NCBI GenBank assembly: GCA_965226795.1
Contig: CBDDDZ010000004.1
Span: 704,001-768,000 of the forward strand
Direction of reading: 5' to 3'
Length of the DNA stretch: 64,000 bases
From: Candidatus Latescibacterota bacterium
Lineage (GTDB): Bacteria; Latescibacterota; UBA2968; GCA-2709665
In this document: positions 50,267-60,608 of the stretch, piece by piece
Layout of the letters: every line of letters begins with the position of its first letter
How positions within the stretch are numbered: position 1 is the first letter of the stretch
Made by a program: the position numbers and the translations under genes
The notes under the pieces: generated by a model
Told to the model about the DNA's origin: nothing
Seen by the model: the letters and a program-made list of their open reading frames with translations, nothing else
The model's database searches: none

Positions 50267-50319
50267 TTCAGTCTACCATAGTGGTCGGGTCAAATTGTGC
50301 GAGCCTTGAAGTGCCCATA

Positions 50320-50392
50320 CACAGGGATTCTGAGGTTTCGGTTTGACGTATGTGAGCAGACAGGAATGTCTGCTCCACCTTTTCAAGCTTTG
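50320..50392. repeat. Solo REP copy with ~70 bp similarity to the RAYT remnant flank
   Basis: GAGCAGACAGGAATGTCTGCTCCACC identical to 22085-22110. Confidence 0.8.
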
Positions 50393-50502
50393 GTTCGAGG
50401 TATCGCTTGAGCGCGTCAACCATCCGAGACAAATCGCCTGTACTTGCTTCCACTTCCCGATGCAGCACGGTGCCGCTGTCACCTGTGTGCGCGCAGTATC
50501 GG

Positions 50503-51243
50503 TTATATTGTCTTACCGCCGTCCACAACCATCACCTGTCCGGTGACGTATTCATTCGTGACCAGGCTCAGAATCGCATTGGCGATATCCTCGGGTTCCG
50601 CGACACGCTTGAGGGGGGTGGCTTCACGGTTTACGCGGACGAATTCGTCCCAGCCTTTCACCCAGCGGGTGTTCACCACGCCGGGGGCCACGGCGTTTAC
50701 CCGAATACGCGGCGCCTGGCTGATGGCCAGGGATTTGGTGAGAGAGATCATCGCCGCCTTGGACGCGCAATATGCAATGGAACTGCCCTGACCGCAGGTA
50801 CCCGCGATGGAGGCCACGTTTACGATCTGTCCTCCCGTTTCGGGCATTCTGGATATCGCCGCCCTGGCACAGTAGAAGGCGCCCTTGACGTTGACGTCGA
50901 AAACCGGATCCCAGGCTTCATCGGTAAGGGCCTCGAGGTCGGCCAGCGGCACGAAGACGGTGGTACCCGCATTATTGACCAGGATGTCCAACCCGCCGAG
51001 TTCGTCAGCCACACGTTCCACCATCTCACGAACCACGCTTTCGACCGCCACATCTGCGCAGACGGCGATCGAATTTCGGCCGAGGGCGTGAACATCCGCA
51101 ACCGTGGCCTCCGCTTCGGGTCCGGACCGCGAGTAGTTGACCGCCACGTCGGCCCCTTCCGAGGCGAAGAGCAAAGAGGTCGCCCTGCCAATTCCCGTGC
51201 CGCCGCCGGTCACAAGCGCGACCTTTCCGTCTAAACGGCCCAT
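50503..51243 (-). CDS. Short-chain dehydrogenase/reductase
   Basis: TGGGTGIG, NNAG, YCASK. Confidence 0.95.
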   Translation of the reverse strand: MGRLDGKVALVTGGGTGIGRATSLLFASEGADVAVNYSRSGPEAEATVADVHALGRNSIAVCADVAVESVVREMVERVADELGGLDILVNNAGTTVFVPLADLEALTDEAWDPVFDVNVKGAFYCARAAISRMPETGGQIVNVASIAGTCGQGSSIAYCASKAAMISLTKSLAISQAPRIRVNAVAPGVVNTRWVKGWDEFVRVNREATPLKRVAEPEDIANAILSLVTNEYVTGQVMVVDGGKTI

Positions 51244-51285
51244 AAAGATTCCTTTCGATTTAGTTTATAAGGGTTGTGCTCAGGA

Positions 51286-52566
51286 TTACAAGCAGGAAAA
51301 CGGAATGGCGACGACGTCGCGGATGTGCTTTGCGTCGGTAAGCACCATCAGCAGCCTATCAACGCCCAGGGCAATGCCGCCGGCTGGCGGCATACCGGCT
51401 TCGAGGGCCCCCAGAAATCGTTCGTCTATGGGGTAAGCCGTCCGACCGCCGTGTTCTCGCTGCGCCGCTTCGTCTTCCAGGCGGACTCTCTGTTCAATTG
51501 GATTGTTCAGTTCCGTAAAGGCGTTGGCGAGTTCCACGCCCGATACATAGAGTTCGAACCGTTCCGCGATGCCGGGGGCGTTCTGTTTCAACCTGGCGAG
51601 AGCCGCCATTTCCGCCGGGTAGTCCACGAGAAAGGTGGGACGCCCCGCGCCGAGGTGTTTTTCCACGGCGTCCAGAAACACCTTGAAGTAAGCAATCTCA
51701 AACGAATCGCCCGGTCGGACCGAACGGTGGCCCCGCTGGCGGGCGTCGCGAATAAAAGCGTCCGGATCCTCGGCGGGATCGGTTTTCACGCCGGCGTACC
51801 TGGCAAATGCCTCCCGAACGGTCAGGCGCTCCCACGGGGGGGTGAAATCGACGGTGCGGCCCCGGTACATAACCGAAGATTTCCCGGTGATTTCACATAC
51901 CAGAGCGTGAATCAGGTTTTCCGCATCTGCCATTATGGCGGTGTAATCGGCATAGGCCCTGTACCATTCGAGGAGTGTGAATTCGGGGCTGTGCATCGGG
52001 CCGGGCGCGTCCTGCCGGAAGGATTTGCAGATCTGGAAGATGCGTTCGTATCCGGCCGACAGGAGGCGTTTCATCGCGTATTCGGGGGATGTCGGTAGGT
52101 AAAGGCGCTTAACGCGGCCATTGCCGCTGTAAAGAGTTTCGAAGGCATCCAGATGAGGTTCCATGCCGGGGCTGAGGACGAGCAAAGGGGTTTCGACTTC
52201 CAGGAAGCCGGCGTTCTCGAAAAAGCGCCTGACAAACGAAAGAACCCGCGCGCGCGTACGCAGGTTGCGGGGTGAAGGCCCGGATTCCAGCGGGCGCAGG
52301 GCCGGCGCCAGAACGCGATGGCTTCGGACCTGAAATGTCGGAGGCCGCCAGATTCCCCGCACCTCCACGACGTCTCCCGTGCGGAGATTGTCCGATGTCT
52401 GGCCGGATGCAAGGGACACTTCGCCGGATTCGTCAACCAGTCGCGGCCTGTCCGTTGCCTCGCCGGCTACAATTCGACCGGCCAATATTGCATCGCCCCC
52501 GGGCTCAAGGTTCTCGATGCGGTGTGTACGGGCGCACCGGGCGGGATAGGCGGCGGAATCTGGCAT
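51286..52566 (-). CDS. epmA: EF-P lysine aminoacylase EpmA (GenX) with N-terminal OB-fold-like extension
   Basis: EVETP, TSPEYAMKRLL..G, H.PEFTLLEWYR, ERFELY..G.ELANAF.EL, GIALGVDRL. Confidence 0.85.
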   Translation of the reverse strand: MPDSAAYPARCARTHRIENLEPGGDAILAGRIVAGEATDRPRLVDESGEVSLASGQTSDNLRTGDVVEVRGIWRPPTFQVRSHRVLAPALRPLESGPSPRNLRTRARVLSFVRRFFENAGFLEVETPLLVLSPGMEPHLDAFETLYSGNGRVKRLYLPTSPEYAMKRLLSAGYERIFQICKSFRQDAPGPMHSPEFTLLEWYRAYADYTAIMADAENLIHALVCEITGKSSVMYRGRTVDFTPPWERLTVREAFARYAGVKTDPAEDPDAFIRDARQRGHRSVRPGDSFEIAYFKVFLDAVEKHLGAGRPTFLVDYPAEMAALARLKQNAPGIAERFELYVSGVELANAFTELNNPIEQRVRLEDEAAQREHGGRTAYPIDERFLGALEAGMPPAGGIALGVDRLLMVLTDAKHIRDVVAIPFSCL

Positions 52567-52869
52567 TGGCGGATCCGGACATTCCGGGCATTCCCGGTAT
52601 GATGTTGACAGACATTGGCCCCAACGCAAACGATTGCGCGCAAAGTGCGCTGGACCGAACTCGTGGAAGCGGCCCGTCCGCATCGGCGAACGTACGCACG
52701 TTGTGATCGACGCACCTCCGCTACACCCTAACTAATTGACGGGCGATGAGGAATATAGGATAACCGCTTCCGGGGAGCAATAACCATCCTGACGGGACCG
52801 GGGCCCCGACGGAAAAATCCCTTGCCGCCGGTTCTTTTCCGGTCATATATTGCGCCCGGCACGTTATAC

Positions 52870-53033
52870 TTCGACACCTATCGCCGACCCTTCAACACCC
52901 TTCGACAAGCTCAGGGCGAGCGTCCAGGGAACGGCTCAGGGTCCGTGGGCTTAGGGCACGGCCGGGGAATCCCGTTCACGGCGCAATGACGTGCGTTGCC
53001 TGTGTTCGGTCTGTCGAAACCAGCTTGTCGAAC
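52870..53033. repeat. TTCGACAAGCTCAG family copy 2
   Basis: CCCTTCGACAAGCTCAGGG at 52898; inverted AGCTTGTCGAA at 53022. Confidence 0.65.
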
Positions 53034-53096
53034 ATATTTCGGCAATCCATTTCCTCGACAAAACACTTGGCACTTATTCCGGAGAACCTGGCCGAC

Positions 53097-53678
53097 GTGA
53101 GACGTCGAACAACCCGGCATCCGCTTTTACTGCCATTCGCCCTTTTTTCGGCAATGGCGGCTCTCTTTCTTAGCTCTCCGGCTTCGGCCGGGTCTTTCAA
53201 GGCGGGCGGCGGGATGTTCTTCAACAATAATGAACCAGGGGGGGGCATCTCTGTCGACCTGGGCGATGAGGGGTTGGCGCTTTCGCCGTTTGTGGATTAT
53301 TTCGGCAAATCCGGCTCCCGATTTTTCAGCGGCGGGCTTAATATCGTCGCTAAACGCGCCGGGGGCGAGCAGTCGAAACTCTATATCGGCGTTGGCGGAG
53401 GCATCGCCTCCGTTGATGTGGAAGAAAGCTCGGCCGGCATTACCGGTTCCGCGTCGAAGACACAGGCACTGGCGGATTTCGTGCTGGGCATCGAGTTCGA
53501 CTTGCACGACAACATCGGAGGTTTCCTGCAGGTAAAATGGCTGGGGACCTTCGGCGGCGGCCGGGTGGACATTACGGGTCAGGTTGAAGGGAGGACGGTT
53601 ACGATTCCGGACGCGATTGACCTGGAACTCAGAAATTTCGCCACCCAGGCCGGCATTTCCATCGATTTCTGGCGCTGA
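53097..53678 (+). CDS. Outer-membrane beta-barrel protein 1
   Basis: Signal peptide ending ASA; alternating strands; YIGVGGG; QAGISIDF. Confidence 0.7.
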   Translation: MRRRTTRHPLLLPFALFSAMAALFLSSPASAGSFKAGGGMFFNNNEPGGGISVDLGDEGLALSPFVDYFGKSGSRFFSGGLNIVAKRAGGEQSKLYIGVGGGIASVDVEESSAGITGSASKTQALADFVLGIEFDLHDNIGGFLQVKWLGTFGGGRVDITGQVEGRTVTIPDAIDLELRNFATQAGISIDFWR

Positions 53679-53984
53679 CGGGGATTTCCCGCGGGTGGCC
53701 AAATCGGTCGACGATGTCCGGCAATCGGGCTCCGGTTCAGGCGGGAGACATTAAGCGAACCATCGATCTGTACCGCATCAAGCTATCCGTTTCGGTGGGA
53801 ATCTCCGTTAAGGATAGTGCTGTATGGGAGAAGCCCGTTGGAAGACACCGGTTGATTCCGATAAGTCTGTCCAGCGGTTTTTTGTTGATTTTTGGCGGTA
53901 TTTTGGCGATTATTGTTGTTGTCGAATCGTTCTTGTATCCTACCGATCCAATAGTCAATGCCCACCGGACCCAGGGAGGCTTGA

Positions 53985-54587
53985 ATGCACGCGTTGATCC
54001 GCGTTTTCTTTGTCGCTTGCTTAACTGCAACGTTCGCCACTTCTACCGCGTGGGCGCAGCATGCGCTCAAGCTGGGCGCCGGTATACACCTTGACGAAGA
54101 AACGCCGGGCATAGGACTCGCGTACGATTTCAATGCCTCGGAAGGGCTGGTCGCGTTTTCACCATTTCTCGATTTTTTCTCCAAATCCACCAACAGGGTC
54201 TTCGGGGGCGGGTTGAATTTAATCGTGAAACGTCCCGTGGGTGAAAAAGGCATATTCTACTTCGGAGCCGGAGGCGGAGTAGGCAGCGTGACGTCTACGA
54301 GGGAATTTGATGTTGATATTGGCGAAACCACCGATGCATCCCTTGAGAAGATCGAAGCTTCAAGAACGCAGGCGATGGTCGATGTGCTGATCGGCATGGA
54401 ATTTGCCACGACCGAGAGGGCATCGGTTTTTCTGCAGGCCAAGTGGATTGGCATGTACAGTGGAAAACCCGATGTCATAGTTCTATCCAGTGGCCAGGAG
54501 GTGGCGCCCGCACTGGACGTGAAGAGTTTCGCATTTCAGGTCGGCCTATCCATCAATATCGGCCAGTCGCAATTTGAAGATTACTAG
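53985..54587 (+). CDS. Outer-membrane beta-barrel protein 2
   Basis: Signal peptide ending AWA; FSPFLDFF.KS, YFGAGGG, FLQAKW; paralog of protein 1. Confidence 0.75.
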   Translation: MHALIRVFFVACLTATFATSTAWAQHALKLGAGIHLDEETPGIGLAYDFNASEGLVAFSPFLDFFSKSTNRVFGGGLNLIVKRPVGEKGIFYFGAGGGVGSVTSTREFDVDIGETTDASLEKIEASRTQAMVDVLIGMEFATTERASVFLQAKWIGMYSGKPDVIVLSSGQEVAPALDVKSFAFQVGLSINIGQSQFEDY

Positions 54588-54750
54588 CCCATCCGATCGC
54601 ATCTGAAAATGCGATCCTGGCGTGCTTGACGGCGTGCCGCCTGCCGTCAAGAGCCGAACGTGGTTTGCAGCGGTCCGCCTTAAATGTGTTTCCGCTGGAA
54701 ACGGCATGGTTTATTTCTCGCGGTTCCCAGGGGGCGTATTCATTGGAGGC

Positions 54751-55257
54751 ATGATGAGACTTCGAATATTGGCTTTACTGTCAGGCTTTGCCTTATTGGC
54801 GGCCACGCCCGTCGCGGCCAGGGACTTCGCTGTGAATGCGGGCGGGGGGACGCTGTTCGACCCGAGCAGGCCGGGCGGTCACTTTTCGTTCGAGATGTCG
54901 CTGAGCGACGAGTATCCCACCCACCTCACGCCATTCTGCGAGTTTTACGGCAAATCGGGCACATGGATTATCCCAATAGGCATCTCGCTGCTTTACAGAC
55001 CGCCCCTTTCGGAATACGGCGGCACGATATATTTCGGCGCCGGCGCCGGCGCGTTGCTGGTTCGGGGTCAACCCGCTCAGGGCCTTCCAACAGGTACCGA
55101 CGGGATGATCTCGGTGGCGGGCGGGTTGTCGTTTGACGTGGGGCCGAGTGCGGGGATGTTTGTGCAGGTGCGCTGGTTCAGATCCTTCGAAAATCAGTCG
55201 GCAGAAAACGAAATCGGCATTCAGGCGGGCGTACGCTTCAATCTGACCGGAGGTTGA
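54751..55257 (+). CDS. Outer-membrane beta-barrel protein 3
   Basis: GGAGG RBS; signal peptide; PF.EFY.KSG, YFGAGAG, FVQVRW, QAGVRF. Confidence 0.75.
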   Translation: MMRLRILALLSGFALLAATPVAARDFAVNAGGGTLFDPSRPGGHFSFEMSLSDEYPTHLTPFCEFYGKSGTWIIPIGISLLYRPPLSEYGGTIYFGAGAGALLVRGQPAQGLPTGTDGMISVAGGLSFDVGPSAGMFVQVRWFRSFENQSAENEIGIQAGVRFNLTGG

Positions 55258-55293
55258 TTGCCGGACAAAGGACGGGTGAACATCGGGAATTGG

Positions 55294-55332
55294 AAAGCGC
55301 CGGATACCCTCTTCAGGGTGCCGGCGCTTTTT
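55294..55332 (+). terminator. Intrinsic terminator
   Basis: AAAGCGCCGG.ACCCT-CTTC-AGGGTGCCGGCGCTTTTT. Confidence 0.8.
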
Positions 55333-55416
55333 GTTTGAATCGCCAATAACCCGTGGATATTCAGACACGCTGCCGCGGGGAGGCGTGCGGCGCCTGATTC
55401 CTGTTGCGGCGGAAAA

Positions 55417-56916
55417 TCAACCCCTGTTTCGGAGCAGATCAACCAGGAGACGCACTCCCACGCCCGTGCCGCCCTTGGGGATGTGCGGCAGGTCTTTGTG
55501 CGCCCACGCGGTGCCGGCAATGTCCAGGTGGGCCCAGGGAAAGTCCTGCACGAAGGCTTCGATGAACGCAGCGCCAGTGATGGCGCCGCCGGCGCGGCCG
55601 CCGGTGTTCTTCAGATCGGCAACATCGCTCTTCATCTCTTCCCGGTGGCCGTCCAGGATGGGAAGGCGCCACGCGATCTCGCCCGTTCTTTCACCGGCGG
55701 CGGCAATTTCGGACGCCAAAGCGTCATCGTTGGAGAAGAGGCCGCTGGCCTCGTGTCCCAAGGCGATGATGCACGCGCCGGTAAGCGTGGCCAGATCGAT
55801 AGCGGCAGACGGTTTGAAACGGGCGGCATAGGCCACGGCGTCGGCCAACACCAGGCGGCCTTCGGCGTCCGTGGACCGGATTTCGATGGTTTTTCCGAGC
55901 AGCGAGCGGATAATGTCGCCCGGCTTGAGAGCGCGGCTGCCAGGCATGTTTTCCGAGGCGGCCACCAGGCCGACCGTGTGTACCGGCAGATTCAGCCGCG
56001 CCACGGCCTCCATGGCGCCGATGACGGCAGCGCCCCCCCCCATGTCGAATTTCATATCCCACATGCCCTCGGAGCCCTTGATGGAGATACCGCCGGAGTC
56101 GAAAGTGATTCCTTTGCCGATCAGCACCACGGGGGCCGTCTCCGGATCGCGCCCGTCGTGTTCGAGAATGATGAACCTGGGGGGTTGCGCGCTGCCCTGC
56201 GCCACCGCCTGGATGGTGCGCATGCCTTCCCTGGCAATCCGCGCTTCGTCGAAGACCTCGCACCTCAGGCCCGTTTCGAGGGCCATCGTTTCGGCTCGTT
56301 CCGCGAGTACTGCGGGCGTCATTTCGTTCCCCGGATGACTGCCCAGATCCCTGGCAAGACAGGCGGCTTCGGCGATGATTCGCCCTGCATCCGACCCCCT
56401 TTCAACGTCGGTCCGCTTGCCCGCCTCGAATTCGACCAGCGTAAGCCCTTCGAGTTCGTTGGTTTCGTCTTCTTCCCCGCTCTTATACGGCGTAAAGCGG
56501 TAAGTGCCGAGAATGGCGCCTTCGACAACGGCCTGCGCGGCGGCGGCAACGTCCATGCCGCCCGCCCCGCCGCCGTGAACCACGGTGGCCAGGTGTCCCG
56601 CGCCGAGACTTCGGGCACGCTGCGCCGCAGCCGCGGAGACCTGCCGGACCCGGTCGATGGTGAATTCCTCTCGTTTGCCCAGACCCACAAGGAGGAGGCG
56701 CTTTGCGGAAATGCCACTCTGCGGATAAAGAACGGCAATCTGTTTGAATTTGCCGGTGAAGTCGCCGTCGGAGATCAGATTTCGGATCTGGCCGTTCAGC
56801 GCCCCATCCGCGGCACCCGTAGCGCCGCCGGGTTCCGTGACACCCTCGAAGAGATTCAGCACAATAGCTTCCGCTTCCCGTTCCAGAATGTTATCGATCG
56901 CAACAGATATATTCAC
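55417..56916 (-). CDS. pepA: Leucyl aminopeptidase (M17)
   Basis: GKGITFDSGG, MKFDMGG, TDAEGRL.LAD, ATLTGA, HLDIAG. Confidence 0.95.
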   Translation of the reverse strand: MNISVAIDNILEREAEAIVLNLFEGVTEPGGATGAADGALNGQIRNLISDGDFTGKFKQIAVLYPQSGISAKRLLLVGLGKREEFTIDRVRQVSAAAAQRARSLGAGHLATVVHGGGAGGMDVAAAAQAVVEGAILGTYRFTPYKSGEEDETNELEGLTLVEFEAGKRTDVERGSDAGRIIAEAACLARDLGSHPGNEMTPAVLAERAETMALETGLRCEVFDEARIAREGMRTIQAVAQGSAQPPRFIILEHDGRDPETAPVVLIGKGITFDSGGISIKGSEGMWDMKFDMGGGAAVIGAMEAVARLNLPVHTVGLVAASENMPGSRALKPGDIIRSLLGKTIEIRSTDAEGRLVLADAVAYAARFKPSAAIDLATLTGACIIALGHEASGLFSNDDALASEIAAAGERTGEIAWRLPILDGHREEMKSDVADLKNTGGRAGGAITGAAFIEAFVQDFPWAHLDIAGTAWAHKDLPHIPKGGTGVGVRLLVDLLRNRG

Positions 56917-57055
56917 AAAACCTCCCCTCGATGACGTTTGCCTGGCCTCGGCATTGGATTCCTTCGGTCGCAACTGCCTTTGCGGTTTGTTCGTATGGCG
57001 GTCTCTCCGTACTCAGCGACGCGTCCGGACCGGTGCTGTCGCTGGGCATCCGAAA

Positions 57056-57694
57056 CTACCACACGCCTGTATGCCCCACGAGAAACGGATTGCTCACTCT
57101 CTCACGCCCCACGGTGGTGAAGGGGCCATGTCCAGGATAGACCCTCGTCTCGTCGTCCAGAATCAGAATCTTCTCCCGTATTGATCTGAGCAGAAGGTCC
57201 ACGTCGCCGCCGGGAAGGTCGGTGCGGCCGATCGAGCCGGCAAAAAGGGTGTCCCCTACAATCGCATGCCCCGGCCACTTGAGGGTGATATTGCCGCGGG
57301 CGTGGCCCGGCGTGTGGACAATCTCGAGGATTTCTCCACCCATCTTGACCACATCGCCCTCTTCGAGAAACCGATCGATGCGCGGCGGCGGATCGGCGTC
57401 CATACCTATGGATCCAGCGATTTCAACCAGGTTCTCGACCTCGTAGCGGTCGGCCGGATGAATGGCAAAAGGAGCGCCGGTTTCACGGACCACGGAGGCG
57501 GCATGCGCAATGTGGTCGTAGTGCCCATGGGTGGCTATGACTTCCACAACGCGGATGTCGTCTTCCAGGACGAGTTCAATGATTTCCGGAATGTTGTCGC
57601 CAGGATCGACGATGATGCCCTCGAGGGTATTTTCGCAGGCCAGGACGAAACAGTTTACCTTCAGCGGACCGACCACGATCGACTTGAAAATCAA
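57056..57694 (-). CDS. MBL-fold metallo-hydrolase (glyoxalase II-like)
   Basis: THGHYDH, TPGH, GDTLF.GSIGRTD, PGHG. Confidence 0.93.
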   Translation of the reverse strand: MIFKSIVVGPLKVNCFVLACENTLEGIIVDPGDNIPEIIELVLEDDIRVVEVIATHGHYDHIAHAASVVRETGAPFAIHPADRYEVENLVEIAGSIGMDADPPPRIDRFLEEGDVVKMGGEILEIVHTPGHARGNITLKWPGHAIVGDTLFAGSIGRTDLPGGDVDLLLRSIREKILILDDETRVYPGHGPFTTVGRERVSNPFLVGHTGVW

Positions 57695-57780
57695 GAAACA
57701 CCTCTACAGAAAGATACAGCGGGAGCGGCGCGGTAGTACTCGTTTCGCTGCGTTGCGGTCGCTGCCTGCGCTGCTTGCGT

Positions 57781-57856
57781 TGCCTGTGCTGAGCTTGTCG
57801 AAGCGCCCGCGTTTCGCTACCCTTCGCCGACCCTTCGACAAGCTCAGGGAGCGGCT
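57781..57856. repeat. TTCGACAAGCTCAG family copy 3 (inverted pair)
   Basis: CTGAGCTTGTCGAAG (57789) / CTTCGACAAGCTCAG (57833). Confidence 0.75.
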
Positions 57857-57882
57857 CATGGTGCAGGACCAATGTCGCTTCC

Positions 57883-59211
57883 TCATGCCTCCAGGCCTTC
57901 CTCTCCCGCATGGATGGACGCGAGGACCCACGGATCCCGGGTTCCGACCCGGAACGCCTTTACCTTTCGCCGCATCGCCTCAGCGACGTCCGCGACCTCC
58001 GGATCGTGAATTATATTGGTCGACTCCGCCGGATCGGCTTCAACGTCGAACAACGCTTCTCCATCCTGGTGCAGGAAACGCTCCGTGGGCCGCTGCCCCA
58101 TCATCCCGATTCCCTCCGCCAGGACTGACTGCCACGTCGGGGACGCCCACAGATCGCCCGGTATCGGCGTTGTCAACTCGGGATAGAGATTGCGCACGTA
58201 TTTGTACTTTCGTCCCCTCAACACACGATACGGATAGTAGTTCGTCACCTCGTGAAACGAATGCGAAAAGAACGTCTCTTCCCATCCTTTCGGTTGCGTC
58301 TCGTCCAAAATCGGGAGCAGCGAGCGTTCCGGAAGCCCTTCCGGCGGTTCCACCCCGCACCACTCCAGAACCGTCGGTGCGATATTGCACCAGTTCACAA
58401 GCGCATCGCTCCGCACGGGCGCCGCGTCCGGCCGCACCAGGATTAGCGGACAACGATGCCCGGAGTCAAACGACGACCCCTTCGCACCGGGAAACGGCAT
58501 CCCATGGTCGCTCATCACGACAATCAACGTATCCTCCGCCCGGCCAACGGCCTCCAGTGCGTCCACCGCCATCCCGATACCCTGATCCAGCCTGGATATA
58601 GACTGGTAATACTCCGTCAGCTCCCGCCGCACAGCGGGATGGTCGGGCAGGAAATCGGGCACCACTACCTCTTCCGGCGAATAATATACCTCCTCCACCT
58701 GGGGATAGGTCCCCCGATTTCCGAAATCCCGATGCGGATCCCCGAATCCCATATGCAGATAGAAGGGCCTGTCGCCGGTCTGCGACAGGAACGCCCCGGC
58801 CTGCCTGGCCATCTCCGCCACGTTCCGCGTTCCGCCGCTCACCCGTTCGCCGTCATACGTCCACGGGTATACCTCGCTGGGTTGCACGTGCAGCTTCCCC
58901 ACGATCCCGGTAGCGAACCCCGCCGATCCGAGGGTCCGGGGGATGGAGGGCATGGACAGATGCGTATGGAAATTGTGGATCCCATGCGTATGCCCGTACT
59001 GCCCGTGGGTATGGCTGTAATGTCCCGTCAACACGCACGCCCGGCTGGCCGCGCAGGATGGCGTGGTACAGAACGCCTGGGTAAACACCGTTCCACGAGA
59101 CGCAAGTGCGTCCACGTTCGGCGTCCGGATCGCCGAATTCCCGTAACAACCGGCAATAGGGCTCCAATCGTCCGCAATCAACAGGAGTACGTTGCGATGT
59201 CGTGTCGCCAT
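57883..59211 (-). CDS. Cys-type sulfatase (N-sulfoglucosamine sulfohydrolase-like)
   Basis: IADD, CAASR...LTG, GKLH, DPHR, SDHG.PFP.AK. Confidence 0.9.
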   Translation of the reverse strand: MATRHRNVLLLIADDWSPIAGCYGNSAIRTPNVDALASRGTVFTQAFCTTPSCAASRACVLTGHYSHTHGQYGHTHGIHNFHTHLSMPSIPRTLGSAGFATGIVGKLHVQPSEVYPWTYDGERVSGGTRNVAEMARQAGAFLSQTGDRPFYLHMGFGDPHRDFGNRGTYPQVEEVYYSPEEVVVPDFLPDHPAVRRELTEYYQSISRLDQGIGMAVDALEAVGRAEDTLIVVMSDHGMPFPGAKGSSFDSGHRCPLILVRPDAAPVRSDALVNWCNIAPTVLEWCGVEPPEGLPERSLLPILDETQPKGWEETFFSHSFHEVTNYYPYRVLRGRKYKYVRNLYPELTTPIPGDLWASPTWQSVLAEGIGMMGQRPTERFLHQDGEALFDVEADPAESTNIIHDPEVADVAEAMRRKVKAFRVGTRDPWVLASIHAGEEGLEA

Positions 59212-59275
59212 GGCGGTCCCTCTGTAATTTTCCCGAGAGTGAATCGGCTTGTCAGGCCAGGTGAGATCGTTTATC

Positions 59276-59719
59276 TTAACCACAGTCCGGCGCAGGTACG
59301 GGGGACCCCAGCATCCTGTTTTTCAACGCCGCGTTTTCCCCGGTTCTGATTTTCCACAACAGATAAGCCATCAGCAGAACGCCGGCGGCGTCATACAATA
59401 CGTCGGTCCAGGTTCCCATGCGCTCCGGCACGGAATTCTGATGGATCTCGTCGGTCACAGCATAACAGACAGAGAGCACCGCGCTCCATGCCAGGCATGG
59501 GCCGAACCGCCGCGGCTCTGTCCGGATTGACCGCAGCCAGAGATACGTCAGAATCGCATATTCGGTCAGATGAGCGAGCTTGCGAACCGCATAATTCAAG
59601 ACGCCCAGATATTCCCCCGTGGCATCCGCGGACATCCCGAATGCCAGCCATCTGCTCGACATCAGAAAAATCAGCCCCATCCAACCCGCCAGCGCAATTC
59701 GCCATCGTCTGACTGTCAA
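59276..59719 (-). CDS. VanZ-family membrane protein
   Basis: RKLAH.TEY, DE.HQ..VP.R.....DV..D. Confidence 0.9.
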   Translation of the reverse strand: MTVRRWRIALAGWMGLIFLMSSRWLAFGMSADATGEYLGVLNYAVRKLAHLTEYAILTYLWLRSIRTEPRRFGPCLAWSAVLSVCYAVTDEIHQNSVPERMGTWTDVLYDAAGVLLMAYLLWKIRTGENAALKNRMLGSPVPAPDCG

Positions 59720-59871
59720 TCTGACCTCGATTCGCCGTTTAGCCGGTTTGCCTCTTGAATTGATCTCTAAGATCGCCTTTTGACAAATTCACGTCAAGCA
59801 CAAACCCGGCCGTTAACCGATTTCTCGGGCCGCTTCTACCGGCCGGGTACCATCAATCCGGAGTTTGCGCA

Positions 59872-60546
59872 ATGCACGCCTATCAGCAAGAATTCATGGA
59901 CTTCCTCATCGAGACCGGCGCCCTCCGCTTCGACGAATTCACGCTGAAAAGCGGCAGAAGGTCCCCCTACTTCTTCAACGCCGGACAATTCAACACCGGT
60001 GCGGAGATCGAGCGGCTCGGCTATTACTACGCCTGCGCCATCCGGGAGTTCGACGTTGAACCCACGCTTGTTTTCGGCCCTGCCTACAAGGGCATCCCCC
60101 TCTGCATCGCCGCGGCCATTGCGCTCCGACAGCGGTTCGACATGGATACGTATTATGGCTTCGACCGGAAAGAGATCAAGGAACACGGCGAGGGGGGTTG
60201 GCTGGTGGGCAAGGAACCCGACGGGCAGGACCGCGTCGTACTGGTAGACGACGTCGTCACCGACGGCGCCACCAAAATTCAAATGATCGACAGACTGAAG
60301 GCAACCTGCAGCGCCCGGATATCGGGTCTGGTCATCGCTCTGGACCGCAAAGAAAAAAACACCGAAGGCGAAGACGCCGTGGCGGCTCTCCAGACTGCCA
60401 CAGGCGTACCCGTCCGATCCATCATCACCGTCCACGACATCCTCGAATACCTGCCCGGCCGCAGCATCAACGGCCGAATCGCCCTCACACCCCAATTAAA
60501 AAGACAGATCGAAGCCTATCTCGACGAACATGGGATTCCTGCGTAA
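59872..60546 (+). CDS. pyrE: Orotate phosphoribosyltransferase
   Basis: FTLKSGR.SPYFFN, FGPAYKGIP, RKE.K.HGEGG, VDDVVT.G. Confidence 0.96.
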   Translation: MHAYQQEFMDFLIETGALRFDEFTLKSGRRSPYFFNAGQFNTGAEIERLGYYYACAIREFDVEPTLVFGPAYKGIPLCIAAAIALRQRFDMDTYYGFDRKEIKEHGEGGWLVGKEPDGQDRVVLVDDVVTDGATKIQMIDRLKATCSARISGLVIALDRKEKNTEGEDAVAALQTATGVPVRSIITVHDILEYLPGRSINGRIALTPQLKRQIEAYLDEHGIPA

Positions 60547-60608
60547 ACGGAACCGGCAATTGTGGACCGAAAGACAAGGGACGCCGGTAACGGCGGCGTC
60601 CTTTCAGT

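Noticed and set aside
55483..56934. Long antisense ORFs (also 12400..13959, 7828..9033, 62897..63991)
   Set aside because: Shadows of GC3-rich genes on the opposite strand, with no recognisable motifs
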